Source of the DNA: Tubiluchus corallicola
Taxonomy: Eukaryota > Animalia > Priapulida
Length of the DNA stretch: 64,000 nucleotides
Direction: 5' to 3'
Assembly: GCA_030141605.1 (NCBI GenBank)
Contig: JAQGDQ010000046.1
Location: forward strand, 372,001 to 436,000
Shown here: piece by piece, positions 38,808 to 51,248 of the stretch
Layout of the letters: every line of letters begins with the position of its first letter
How positions within the stretch are numbered: position 1 is the first letter of the stretch
Position numbers and translations under genes: made by a program
Notes under the pieces: generated by a model
Database searches by the model: none
Told to the model about the DNA's origin: nothing
Seen by the model: the letters and a program-made list of their open reading frames with translations, nothing else

Positions 38808-40549
38808 ATGAAGAAATTAGCAATTCTTACACTTTGCCTTTTGATCTCTGCATTATTGCGTAAGTATTAGGTTTATTACACTTTGTTAAGCCTACAACGT
38901 TCTACACATTATTAGCAGTAATATATCTTAACTGACCAATATAATAATAATAATAATAATAACATGCGTCAAAATATTGATATGAAGCACTGACTACTGG
39001 CGAAGTCGTTAATTATTGAAACGTCCTTACATGTTAAAATATGCATATTCTTCGGTTCGTAGTTCTAACAGAAACATTGTTTTTTATTTTAGTAACGGAT
39101 GTAAAACGGAAAGCTGAAGCCAAAGTGGTAAGACTGACCTTTACCTTATTGTTTTTGTTAGGCTTTACTTTATTAATGCTTGTCTGAATCGCGTGCGGGA
39201 TATGAATTAAACTGTACGCATCAAATATTTTACCCATGCATTAGTTTTAATATGCGGTTTTGTACTAAAGAAATCAGTGTACAGGACAACAATGAAAAAT
39301 TAAAAAGTTTTTACACTGTTTAAAATAATTAGTGCTATGTTAGTTTTATTTTGAAAGTTTAAAAAGCACTGATAGTTAGAAGCAGAATTAGAAACCAACT
39401 ACTTTTGAATGCGAAGCATTGAGTTACTGATTTATTGAGTTTTTCTGCCCAGCTGCATAGTTATATCATTTAGAATAAGATACGATAAGGTAAGATAAGA
39501 AAATTTATTTATTAATAATCAAATATAAGCACAAGCTCAGAAAAGCTTCTTTTTGACTATTATCAGCTAAAATATTACATAACAATTAACAAGAGAAATT
39601 TTATTACTTTATTTATTATTCATTTATTGACAGCATCCTTACAAGAACAAAGCAAGATTACAAAATAAAATTATCCAACAATTAATCTTTCTAAAGCTTG
39701 CCCAAAAATTATGGCTGCGGTTTCACCAGCACATGGTATTAGAGTGTGAGTGTGTTAACACAATGACTGGATTGTTATCACAATTATTGTTAACACAATG
39801 ACACAAAGTCAAAAGTGTATTAATAGTATACTGTTTCATAATTTAACGTATTGTATTCATCGTCCTAAACGGCAAAGTAGGTTTTATTCATAGACAAATT
39901 CTTGATGTTTTATCGTGATCTAAAAACAACTGAAAACATTCAAAACGGAAATAAAAAAGTTTCTCGTTTTGTATTTCGCTAAGCAATTTTTATTCAAAGT
40001 TCAATTTATTGCAATTAATTAATTAATTCGCTGCAACTCGATTTAGTACGGCGATCCTTCATGTTTTATAAGATTGAATGCCTCACGAAGACACTGTGAT
40101 TATTTGAAAACGTTTGATTGCTTTGACTTTACCCATTCAATTAATATCTTTCTATCCTAACAGTTCCATACAGACTTAGATATTTTTCGTTCGGTGTATA
40201 GTAATATAAATCATAATTATATCGTTTTTTATTACAAATTTGATGTACGCTACGTTAGCTCTTTAGTAGGGGAAATTTTTTTCTTTCATGTTCAGCGACC
40301 TTTGGCTTATGAGCCAGTGACAGTGACCAAAATCGCAATTGGGACATCCACTGAATGTTATGTGTTGGTTGTCTTACAAAAATGTATTTTGGTTTTGCAA
40401 ATGTGTTACAAAAGCAGTATTTTTAGGTTGCTGTTTCACGTGCAAGAAAAGGCTCACACCACAATTACAGAGCTGCTTACTCTGGCGTACGATACAGAAA
40501 TCGACGAGCTCGCAAGAAGATAAGCTCAGCTGTCCACGATAGGGACTGA
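38808..40549 (+). CDS. Secreted cationic peptide precursor B (69 aa), AMP-like
   Basis: Exon1 38808-38859 (MKKLAILTLCLLISALL, phase 1, GTAAGT), exon2 39093-39127 (LTDVKRKAEAKV, GTAAG), exon3 40427-40549 (VAVSRARKGSHHNYRAAYSGVRYRNRRARKKISSAVHDRD*). Exon 3 aligns to gene C exon 3. AATAAA near 40722. Confidence 0.75.
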
Positions 40550-41474
40550 TGAGAAAAGATCGAAGTAAAATACGAGTCGACATATCGATTCCATTTTCAG
40601 CTAATATCGATTTATGCAACTTTTCACTCATTAGTAGATTATTTAGATGGTGTGTGATATTTTCTGTACTTGTGCTATCTGGTAATTAGAGTATTAGAAA
40701 TTTAATGTCATGTATTCGTAGAATAAAAAGTATATAGGCTAGATCTATTTTAAGTTACTAGAATTTTCTTTTAAGACAATTGCCGATTTTGCGAAAACTA
40801 AAGTTCAAAAGAATGAGTATACATTGGCAACAAAAATTTTAAGCGTAGTTTTTACACAACTGAGAGTCTATTACTTTGCCGTCACTTCTACACTTTCTGC
40901 TTTTCTCTGTCAGTACCCTCTAACTTTCTTTATGTCATTGTGTCTCCCATCTTTTCTTCTATCTCTCGTAGTTTTCCTCGTAGTTTTTTCACTCTCACTG
41001 TGTCACTTGCTTTTTCTTTGTTCTTTTTTCCTATTTTCTCTTTTTCTGCATCTTTTTACGTATTTATTTGTATTTTATTTCCTTTATTTTCATTTTTGAA
41101 TGTCGTTTCCATTTTTCTATGTTATTCCTTCGTGTGCCTACAAACACGGTCGTAATTTGCTTGATCTATCCCAAACAATCACATTAAGAATCCCTCAGCC
41201 TACGTGTACATAATAAGATTAATTTTGTAAACGATATAGGCCTGAAGGAATTTAATGTTATATGAGTAATAAAGCAACTTAGCGGCATTCATTCAAAGGG
41301 CTTCGTTAACGAATTAGTTGCTCCAAACAATATTTCATAACAGGCCCACGTCCCGCATCATAAGTCCGAGTAATAGGCTGAATAGCCCTGTTGACCCCAG
41401 TATATGAATATCCTGCACTAAGTAATTAAAGTTACTTATACTGGTATATTGAAAATGAAAGGGGTGCCGAAAGT

Positions 41475-41482
41475 GTATAAAT
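41475..41482 (+). promoter_or_regulatory. TATA box of secreted peptide gene C
   Basis: GTATAAATAGC about 110 nt upstream of ATG 41586. Confidence 0.65.
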
Positions 41483-41585
41483 AGCTTGGTGCAGCTATGC
41501 AATGAACACAAGGTAAACTGATTTCTCAGAAATTTCTACTGGAAGGTTTGGCTATCCAGAATCATACATCAAGCAAAACCACACC

Positions 41586-43401
41586 ATGAACAAGACTTTG
41601 ATTTTCACACTCTGTCTTCTGATATCAGCGTTGATACGTAAGTTTAAGTTTTTCCATTTTCGTTGATTTGATTTTTTTAACTTTCAGTACAATTATTATG
41701 TCTGCCATAGCAGATCAATTTCGGGAAGAAATCGCAAGAATACGTACTAACATGCTTAAATCAATGGACATTTTGTGATAAATAGTTAACACTTGTCATG
41801 TAAAATCATCAATGAACGAGATAATTGTTGTAGGTCCACTTTAAATAAATCAACTTTAGATTAAACATAACTATGTAATTGCTGTGTTGCTTTAAAATCT
41901 TTAACTGCTAAATTTAAAAGAAAGTTAATTTTATTTACATACGCACGCGAGGTAAAGCTTTCCTGAGGTGATTCATTAATACAACTTTTATCAAAATTAA
42001 TATTGTAAAGAACAAAAATGTCTATTTTATGACAAGCAACAGCCTGCATTTTAACAAAAAGAAGCTTTCCAATATTACCACTGACGAAATAACGTTAAAA
42101 GTCGTGCCAATAATTTTGTTTAAAATTGTACAGTGTATATGTCTTGATCGTTTCCTTCTGAAAAATAGAAAACAATATTTTCTAATTGATAAAGGCATTA
42201 ACCGAAATAATCAAGTGCTTGTTTGATACATTGGATAAAAAATATGATGAAGTGCTATTTTACTACAGTTTTTCATCAGCTACAAGATTTTCTCTAATAG
42301 AATTATAGAAAAGCCCAGTTTAGCTAAATTTCCGCACATTACTCCAAAACTTATTTTACTATTTTTAGAATGATGTCTATCTACATGATTTTAATATGAT
42401 TTTTACCATTTTTTCAGTGACATATCAAGTACAAGAAAGTGAAGCCGTGAGGGTACATTTTATTAATTTTCTAATGAATTTTTTATAATCATGAGTGCTA
42501 AAAATCACTTGGGAACAAAATATTTATAAAAAAGCTCAGAATATGAAATGTAAATAATAACGTCATAAACGTCATCATCATCATCATCTTCACCATCGTC
42601 ATCATCATCATCATTATCATCACCATCGTCGTCATCGTCACCGCTATTATCGTCACTACCGACATCATCATCTCCATCATCATTATCGTCGTCATCATCG
42701 TCATCATCATCATTATTATCATCACCATTACTGTCATCACCATCACCATTATTATCGTTAACTCAACAAATGCTAAATTCTATTACGGCGTAACTGTAAC
42801 CTAGTGCTTAATAAAAAGTGTTAAACATTAGTTTAAAAAATTATTCAACAAGATAAAATCTATACTTGTGCAATTGATATTTGATACTTATGACAACTCA
42901 TACACGCAAAATAGTGTACAAATGTGACCAGTGACATTACAGTTATATGAGAAAACAAAAAAACAAAAACAAAAATAAAGCAATTTTTGCTCAGAAATAT
43001 TAGCAGGCACACGATAAACAAATTTGTTAAACAATTAAAATAAAATAGCAAAGGGGTTAGTAGCCCTGTACAAAAACGGAAAAAGACGCAATGTTTAAGT
43101 TATGTTGTTATTAGTAGCTGCCTAATAGCCTACGTACAGCCTAAAGTTGCGATATTATTTTAGCCTAATTTTATCGCTATGTATAGTGTCTTGAATGTAA
43201 TAATATTCTATATAAAAGTGGTTACAACCTCAAAAAGTTATTAATTTGCTGTCGTAGGCGTATGTCTCACGATCAAGAGTGGCGGGCTCACACGGGGCGT
43301 TTAGAGCTGGAGCCGCTGGTTCACGTACTCGTGCCAAATTTAGAAGAGTTCGTGACGCTAGCGACCTCTCGTTTGATCCGGAAGAGTTTGAAGAAGAATA
43401 A
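41586..43401 (+). CDS. Secreted cationic peptide precursor C (76 aa): signal peptide + Arg-rich peptide + acidic C-terminal propiece
   Basis: Exon1 41586-41637 (MNKTLIFTLCLLISALI, phase 1, GTAAGT), exon2 42418-42452 (LTYQVQESEAVR), exon3 43258-43401 (AYVSRSRVAGSHGAFRAGAAGSRTRAKFRRVR-DASDLSFDPEEFEEE*). Confidence 0.85.
42562..42758. repeat. Degenerate (CAT)n microsatellite in intron 2 of gene C
   Basis: CAT/CGT/CAC/TAT triplet array. Confidence 0.95.
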
Positions 43402-44599
43402 TGGGAAACTCTTAATAGCAGTAGAGTAGTGATAAAGATTCATCAAAATTCCGAGTAGTATTTAATATTTTTATCTGTAAACTACATCTTATTCTTTCTT
43501 AGTTTTCATGATGTTCATTTTTAGTTCGACTCTAGTAATTGTTTTCGAAGTTCTATGCGTTACTGTGCTCTCTGTAGCTAATAAATTGCTATAATCTACA
43601 CCTGGAGTAAGTTTAACTATGTTGATGTTAAACAAGTGTTAACATTTCTTTCTTCTGTAAAGTGCCTGAGTACATAAACTGTTTTGAACTCTATGTAAGA
43701 TCCATATTATTACATCTTTTTTGATTGTAATTTGCTTTTGAGCCATTTATAATACATCACATTATGTCAATACGTTCGCATGTGAATGGTAAACACTTTT
43801 TCTAAGATTGCAATAAATAACGGCATTATAAAAACATGTCTATAAAATCTTATGTTGTGTGAAAATTTTTGCTTGAATTCTACTTAAAAGCATTCCCTGA
43901 TTCAAGTGCGTTTACGGTGAGATTGACTATATAAATCCAGCTCACCTAATCAAAACCAAAATAAATTTTTAAATGCCTGTAAATAACGAAAAGCTATAAT
44001 AATACAGCTTTGTCAGTTACGTTGGCAGTAAACACCTTATTTAATCGGATGGCCACAAAAAGCCAGTGGCCCTTCATCGCAACAGGACGCGAACATTATG
44101 AAAAATATGAAGATATAATTACATCAGTCCCAAAATTTGTAACATTAAGCAGTAATTTGTAAGTAATTTGCTAACGATGGGAGATGTCTAATAATAGTCC
44201 TCTTGAAGAAAGTCATAGTTATTTTTTGGAAAAGAAGTCTTCAGGTAAGTCACTGGAAGAAACTGGATTTAAAAGCAATTACAACAAGGATATACCGAAA
44301 TAATATCTGGTGGCAGGTACAAAACGAATGCTGCAAGTAAGCTATCAATGCTTAGGAACCAACAGAGAGGGATCGCTCAGAGCATTAGAATTCATTACTA
44401 GATTTACCACGAGCATACAACAACTTTACAATCATAATTTACATGCAAAACTGCAATAACACAGAGGTCTCACTTAGAAAACAGGCATTCGGTAAGCAAA
44501 AGATAGCACAGCAGGCCTGCAGTAATATAACAGCAGTACTTGTAGATATTAAGCTTAAGCGTGATTAACCCGTGTGCACGATGCTCGTAACAAATTTTG

Positions 44600-45740
44600 T
44601 GACTCTGCATACTATAGTTTTGGAGTTATTCACTGTTACGACTTGAGGCACAAAGCCGCTTACACAATTTTCAGATTTTGGTTCCTACCTCGGTCCTGCT
44701 AAAATCCGAGGTTCTTTAGGTTTTTTATTTATTTTTATCTACACGTTTGTCTGAGCCCCTACTCTATGTGTCTACGCTTCCAGCTCCCTGATTCTAGTTA
44801 CAGCAGTATAGTTACTTTGTAGTTATTCATTGTTATGCATTTTGGCTCCTATCTGGGCCAAGCTTTAATATATCCCAGCGCTTCGAAAACTCCACGTGCA
44901 CATCTACCTCACAATATCTAAATATCTATGGAAATAATTTTGAATTTAATTTAAAACCTAAGAGGGGTTGAATGTCAGTCGAAAGTATGACCGATCGATG
45001 TCTAGTGTCCTTGACGCTTTGAATTAGGTCACTGTTGACCACACCGCTTTCAAGGCCCTTACTTCATGTGTCTACCCTGTGTCTAGTCCTCCGCAATAGC
45101 GAGTTAACATGAATTAGAAGTGGATGCGCTAACTTTCACATTTTGGCTCCTGTCTCGGGTCCTTAAATAATTTCTGTTTACTATTGATTGAATCCCTACC
45201 CCAATTACAGGTAAGAACAATCTTTACAACATCAAATTCAGAACAATTAGGGTCTATTTCGGAATAATCTACATCAAGTTCGAAAACTGTAATACAAAGA
45301 TCCTAGCAACTCTTGCTGAATAAACGAATTTAATTTCTAAATTTATTTGTCAACTGGCATCATGCTACGCGGTCTTTAAAATCAAAAGGAAAGTGACGGA
45401 CGAAAAAAAACGACAAATTAGAGCAGTTTACAAAAATGTACTGTAATTACTATAGTTTTAGAATTACTCGATATTATGAAGTTTAGCTCCTATTTCGGGC
45501 CCTTAAAAAATCCAGCTTTTTAAGCGCTCCGGTACACATCTGCCTTACAAATTCAATACCTAAATCCTACGAAAAAAATTGAACTTAACTCAGTCCTAGA
45601 AGGAGTTGAGCGGCAATCGAAAAACTGACCAACGTTCAGTGTCTTTGACCCTTTGAGCAGAGAACATTTTTAGGCGTTCACCACATCACTTCCAATGATC
45701 CTTGCCTCAGCGTTTGCGAGTTAACATGAATTAAAAATGG
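44600..45740. repeat. Degenerate tandem duplication (about 620-640 bp period) with internal subrepeats
   Basis: 44930-45120 aligns with 45570-45735 (TTGAA-TTAA-T...CCTA...AGTGTC-TTGAC-CTTTGA...GCGAGTTAACATGAATTA). A TTT(G/A)G(C/T)TCCT motif occurs near 44677, 44840, 45141 and 45482. Confidence 0.65.
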
Positions 45741-48700
45741 GAAAACAGAACGCCTAACATAATGATGAAAAATTAGAGTCATGAATTCTCCTAGATCCTT
45801 GGTGCTAGCGCTCGTGAATAAAAAAAAGGTTACGAGAACTTTAAAATGTTTAGATTTATGTACATTCTGTGAATTCCGAAATGCAACAGAAAAAAGAAAA
45901 TAGTATTTGTCACGTTGACGTTATTTTCAATGACTGAATGTTATTTCTGGTTTATGAAATCATTAAGTTCATTAACGCCAACGCCAAAGCGTAACATAAG
46001 AATAATAATACTTCCCATTTGCTTGTTTCTGAAGATGCGCCAAATTTTCTCATTACGTACGGGTTAATGTGATTTCCGATTTTGTTGTATCACACATCAA
46101 AGTTTGCCAAAGCATTGTAATTGTGCTGGAGAAGCAAGTAAAATATTTATTTATTACGCAGCAACCAAATATCTCGGTTGTTGGGATGCTATGCGGACGA
46201 CCCAGTTAAGCAGTGAAACTTGACAAGTACGGTAACTGCCGATGGCAATTTAACTTTCTGCAGGGATATTTTGTGATGTGATTAAATCGTTCCACTGACT
46301 TTCATTCTCAAGCCTAAGCTGAAACTCTGAACAAAGACTTTTTGCCTTCCCTTTGATGTACCTTGGCTGGTATCTTAAATCAAACGCGAATTCATATAAG
46401 ATTACCAACCACAGCAACCTAGGCGCGATAACACTAAAATTCCCAACTTTGCATTTCTGACCTTTCTGCCTTGCTGTTTCACCTCTTTGCCACCTCCTCT
46501 TTCGCTCTCTCTCTCAGTTTGTAGAGGGATGTAAAGGATTAAATGCATAATACAATATAAATATATAAATACGATATATATATATATACATATATATAAT
46601 AGTTCAGGCAAAATTTTGCCTGGTTATATCGTAAATTTTAGCAAAAATCCTTGTTCTTATATACATTTATTAGAAAGTAAAGCGTGCATGTTGAAAAGTT
46701 TGTCGTTTTTTATACTTTCCTAATAGTATAATCTAAATAACCCCAGTGAATGAATTTTGTTATTATGGACCTTAATTATTATAAATAATTGCTAAAATGT
46801 TTTATAAGCAAGTTTGTGGTACACGTATTAAGGACATAATTATAACTGACCACGTTGTATGTATATGTATATATTGGGCAAATAAAGATCTATCACCACC
46901 ATCATCATCTCTCTCTCTTTCTCTCTCTCTCGGCATGATTATACATTCATGTTAATTCAGTAGCTACGGTTATAATTGTTTTTCTATAGCACTTCAAGGT
47001 CAACAAAATTTTATCCTGCATAGAATGTAAGAAATTTTATACGTAGGTTAGTTACTCTAGCAGCCTCTTTCTTAGTTCAGCACATTAATTCTGTTATGGA
47101 TGATGCTGTAAAATGCGATGCATTCCTATGCAAAATCCGCACGGACAATAGTTAATAATAATTGGTGTAATCCGTATGCAGCCAGCATAATAGTAAATGT
47201 AATTAACTTGTTTCGCTACTTTTCTCTCTCTCCAAGAAACTTTTGCATATTATAGCTGTCACAAATTGCCCGCTTTTTGGTCGTTTATCCTCTCGGTAAT
47301 CATCAGTATGTCAAAGCACTAAAAGCATTAGAGAAAGAGTACATTGTTCCTACTTGACATTAGTGATTTGTTAACAGAACTTGTATAGGAAATGCAGCAT
47401 GGAATTTGAAACGCAAACAAAGATTTTTCACAGAAAATTGTTGTAGAGTAAATTATAGTTACCAAAGGATCAAAGATCAAGTCGTTCTATATAAAGTATG
47501 AACTCATGTTTGTTCAAAATAGCAACTTGCTGTTTTTATTTCGACATAGAGAATATTTGTATAAGATACGTTTTTGCTAAGACAACTTATTGTTTAACTC
47601 ATTAGTTAACCTATTGTTTGTTACTATGATTTCCTCGATCTGCTAAAGTCAACAAGATAATGCTTGTCTGCAAATAGACACGGTACTTCCTTGTCAGAAC
47701 AGCCCTGCTTGCCGGGAGAAACGTCACATGGTGAAATCCACAAACAGCTAAAGTAAAGAGTTGCTAATTGAGGAATGACCTCGTCTGTTGAAAGCGTGGA
47801 AAAGTTGAAAATTTGTGGATTAACATTGGTCGTCAACTCGACAACTTTAAGTTTTAATGATATGTTACTTAATGAGTAGTGCCTTAATTCATTATACAGC
47901 GTCGATACTTATAAACTGAGTAAAGGAGAACAAAGTGAACTGACTTGAATATACACACGGTAAGCACGAACACCAATATAATTTTATCAACGCTTCCAAG
48001 ACCCTCAATATAAAAAACATAAGATTTTGACGAATGAGTGGTCTCTTTGTAACTAGACCTATGGGTATACTTTTGGTTTTTAACACATTTTAAAACAACA
48101 TAGAATTCCTTGATGCCTTGGAAATCCATTTTAGCTATCAGACATGTAAGTCATAATCCATTGACTATTTTCTAAAGATACTTATCAACGGTTTATGTTG
48201 TTTAAGTAAAAAAGTTCTAATTCCTCTGGCGCTAGCGTTAATATGATTCGTGAACGAGAATGCATGCACTGACCAACGTATGACCGTTACAAAAAACTTG
48301 TATTATACAACAGAAAAATCGAAGCAGCTCAGCTTTATAATGCTTAATTACCCACGGAAATTTGAAACTCGAAATTAATCAAAATAAAGAAAAAAATCTA
48401 ATTAGTTAAAATCACTCCAGTGTGCCGAACGAGCTTTATCTGTAATACCTGCATTGCACGATAATGCAAACACATGCCTGGTTCAACAAGCGTTGCAACC
48501 AACTCTTTTCATGTGGCACAACAGAGAGCGTGAGGTAAGGGTTAAAATTACGTGGGCTTGTTAAACAGTATAACACGTACGAGTTGATGGTAATAGGTTT
48601 TAGGAGTGCGGAAGTGTGACAACAATTCAGTTTCAGTTTGTGCACTATGCAGCGCATTGTACCTTTGGTGACAGCCGAGATATTCAAACCAGTTCCAGTG

Positions 48701-49026
48701 TCCCTTCAGGCATTTTCACCATTAGAGGCTTTTTCAAAGTTTGGTAGCCCAATGTCTTATAGTCAAACCATAAGTTAAGTGAATACGTGAAAGAGCGGCA
48801 TAAACAGTTCAAGACATTTTTGTGATGTGCTCAGATAACAAGGAAAATTGAAAGATCAATTGAAAATGTGAAATGATTTCGCAGGTTTAGAGGTTTAGAG
48901 AATCTTGATGCACGTCAATGCTTATTTATTTCTTTAATTAACGCGGTACGTAAGCGTTTCACGCACAATGAATTTGTTTACTAATTAAGCCATGCTCAAT
49001 GAAGGAATGCAGCGAGAGCAGTAGTA

Positions 49027-50115
49027 ATGCATTCAGAAAGGCAAGGAGATTTTGAGTTGAAAAGATTAAACGCGATCATTGGGACAAAATCTTTTAAAGC
49101 AGCAGTTTTATTTACTGTGTTAGGTTGCGTGTCATTTATTTCTATGGGATTTGTTTCACAAACTCAAGCAAGGGACATGGCTGCGAATATTGTGATCGAT
49201 CATGTCTGGACAAATAATGAGGCACCTGAAGGTGTTAACAAACCTGAACTTGCAGCAAGTTCTGGTGCAGAAAATGAAACTAATTTTGTGGTTTATAAAG
49301 GAGCGAAAGAATCTATATGCCAGTCCGGAACGGAACGCCGGTTTCCTCAGTGTATTATTGTAGGATTTCGCAAATGCGGGACGGCAGCTCTTCTGAAAAT
49401 GTTAAAACTCCACCCAGATATTGTAGTCCGAGATTGGGATCCCTTGGAAGTCAACTTCTTCAATACACACTATCGAAGAGGTTTAGGCTGGTACAGAAAT
49501 ATGATGCCATGTTCGAATCCTAATCAGATTACAATAGAGAAGAGTCCAAAATACATTATAACAACAGAAGCACCAACGAGAATGAAAAACGATCTTCCAA
49601 ATGTTAAACTGCTTGTGATAGTTAGGGAACCATTCATGCGCACTGTGTCAGACTTTCTGCAATATAAAGAAAAACGTAGATATGAGAGGACGTTTATAGA
49701 TTTCGTAACAGATCAAAAAGGTGCAGTTAATGTCAATGCAGCACCCGTAGTAGAAAGCATGTATGTTAGGCATATAACAAGATGGATGGAATTTTTTTCC
49801 AGTGATCGTTTCCATTTTGTCAATGGCGATAAGCTAGTCACCAGACCTTTAGGTGAGCTAAGAAAAGTGGAAACATTTCTTAAATTGAGCCATCGCATTT
49901 CAGAAGAGTCATTCGTGTTTAACAAAAATAAACACTTTTACTGTTTTCGTGAGCAGACAAATTCTGGTTTCAAGTCAGAACCGATGTGTTTAGGGAAAGG
50001 GAAGGGCAGGAATCATCCTAATGTGCCAAAAAAATTGGAAACAAACCTCAAGCAGATTTTTCAACCTTTCAATGAACAATTGTTTAAATTAATAAACGCA
50101 TCTTTTAACTGGTAG
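49027..50115 (+). CDS. Heparan sulfate glucosamine 3-O-sulfotransferase-like protein (HS3ST family), single coding exon, type II membrane
   Basis: 362-aa ORF with an N-terminal TM (AAVLFTVLGCVSFISMGFV), 5'-PSB IIVGFRKCGT, GLGWYRNMMP, ITIEKSPKY, 3'-PB VREPFMRTVSDF, FYC...CLGKGKGRNHP and a C-terminal FNW. Confidence 0.93.
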   Translation: MHSERQGDFELKRLNAIIGTKSFKAAVLFTVLGCVSFISMGFVSQTQARDMAANIVIDHVWTNNEAPEGVNKPELAASSGAENETNFVVYKGAKESICQSGTERRFPQCIIVGFRKCGTAALLKMLKLHPDIVVRDWDPLEVNFFNTHYRRGLGWYRNMMPCSNPNQITIEKSPKYIITTEAPTRMKNDLPNVKLLVIVREPFMRTVSDFLQYKEKRRYERTFIDFVTDQKGAVNVNAAPVVESMYVRHITRWMEFFSSDRFHFVNGDKLVTRPLGELRKVETFLKLSHRISEESFVFNKNKHFYCFREQTNSGFKSEPMCLGKGKGRNHPNVPKKLETNLKQIFQPFNEQLFKLINASFNW

Positions 50116-51196
50116 ATCCGACTCCACAAAACCTACACAACAAGTGATTGTTATCTGTAAACAGTTATTGCAGTTTTTTAAATATGTCACAATATAAACA
50201 GATTTTTTATCATTTTTTATTAAAAATTTCGCAATGTTTCACTGTTAGTGTGCATTGATTTCTTTTTTCAGAAGACTAGACCAGAATGAAGAAGATTGGG
50301 TTACTCATTTACTTGTTTCGTATTTTTTGTCTCGAATCGCATAGACCTCGAAATATGTAGCATTACCATGAATTGACAAAGCATTCTTGTGCCAAATTCA
50401 GCATCCTAGCTGCTCTACAAGCCGAATTACAACCCTTTTTTGGAACTAGCTGCTTTAGTAAGCCGAGCTAGGGCTGCACACGCATGCACTCACAAATGAT
50501 TCGCTTGAACCTATTTGTAAAATGTACAACTTTAGTAACATGTTATGTTTGAGATGATATCTTGCGCACGTTTCCTTTAGCCATTGAACAATTTTTCCGC
50601 TATGGTTCTCTACTCGACGCTGCAATATTAAAAAAACATGCCATATCATCCACACATCACACCATCCACTCTACACAATAGCAATAACAAAAATATTTAT
50701 AAGTTTATAATGTTTAATGTTTATAAGAATTACATCGCAAGCTAGTAACTCAAAGATGACAAAAACGTTGATATCGTGTCGGTTGTTTGATACTGTGTAA
50801 TGTTTGTTGACATTAACAAACGTGTCGTTCTTGCTATAAAGAATTTGAAAAGTGATTTTTTGTTCCACAGTTTCAAAAATGTGAAAATATTCGTGCGATT
50901 TTCCTTTGTGTCCCTGTTTTCATAGTTAGACCGCGTCTTGTGAAGAAGACAAGCATTACCATAAAAACACGAATCACATTCACACGATGTACCTAGTATT
51001 TTAATTATCTAGGAGAACTAAATATGATGAACTTTAATATCACATTTATTAAGATTCTGCTTTACAATCGAATCTTCCTGATTTACCGACGGTTTTTATT
51101 TATTATGATTATGCATTTTTGTTTCTTTAATAACTGCGCACTCACAGGAACGTGTCACGAAACTCACGTAGCACACTCTCCAGGTAGGAAGATTTG

Positions 51197-51248
51197 TGTT
51201 TACATGTGATTCGTCACACACAGGTCAAAGGTCACGGAGTGGGCGGGG
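51197..51248 (+). promoter_or_regulatory. Cis-element cluster: forkhead TGTTTAC, perfect DR1 AGGTCAaAGGTCA, GC box
   Basis: TGTTTAC near 51197, AGGTCAAAGGTCA at 51222-51234 and GGGCGGGG at 51241-51248, inside a locally GC/CpG-richer island (about 51130-51570). Confidence 0.4.

Noticed and set aside
40194-40542. ORFs 40194..40523 and Cys-rich 40339..40542 as exon 3 of gene B or a defensin
   Set aside because: The third frame, starting at the 40427 acceptor, is the one homologous to gene C. The Cys-rich frame has no phase-compatible acceptor or signal peptide.
42498-42749. Met-rich minus-strand ORF
   Set aside because: Antisense reading of the intronic (CAT)n microsatellite of gene C.
45026-45042. 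Estrogen response element-like AGGTCActgtTGACCA
   Set aside because: The spacer is 4 nt rather than 3, it lies inside a repeat, and it is far from the ER gene.
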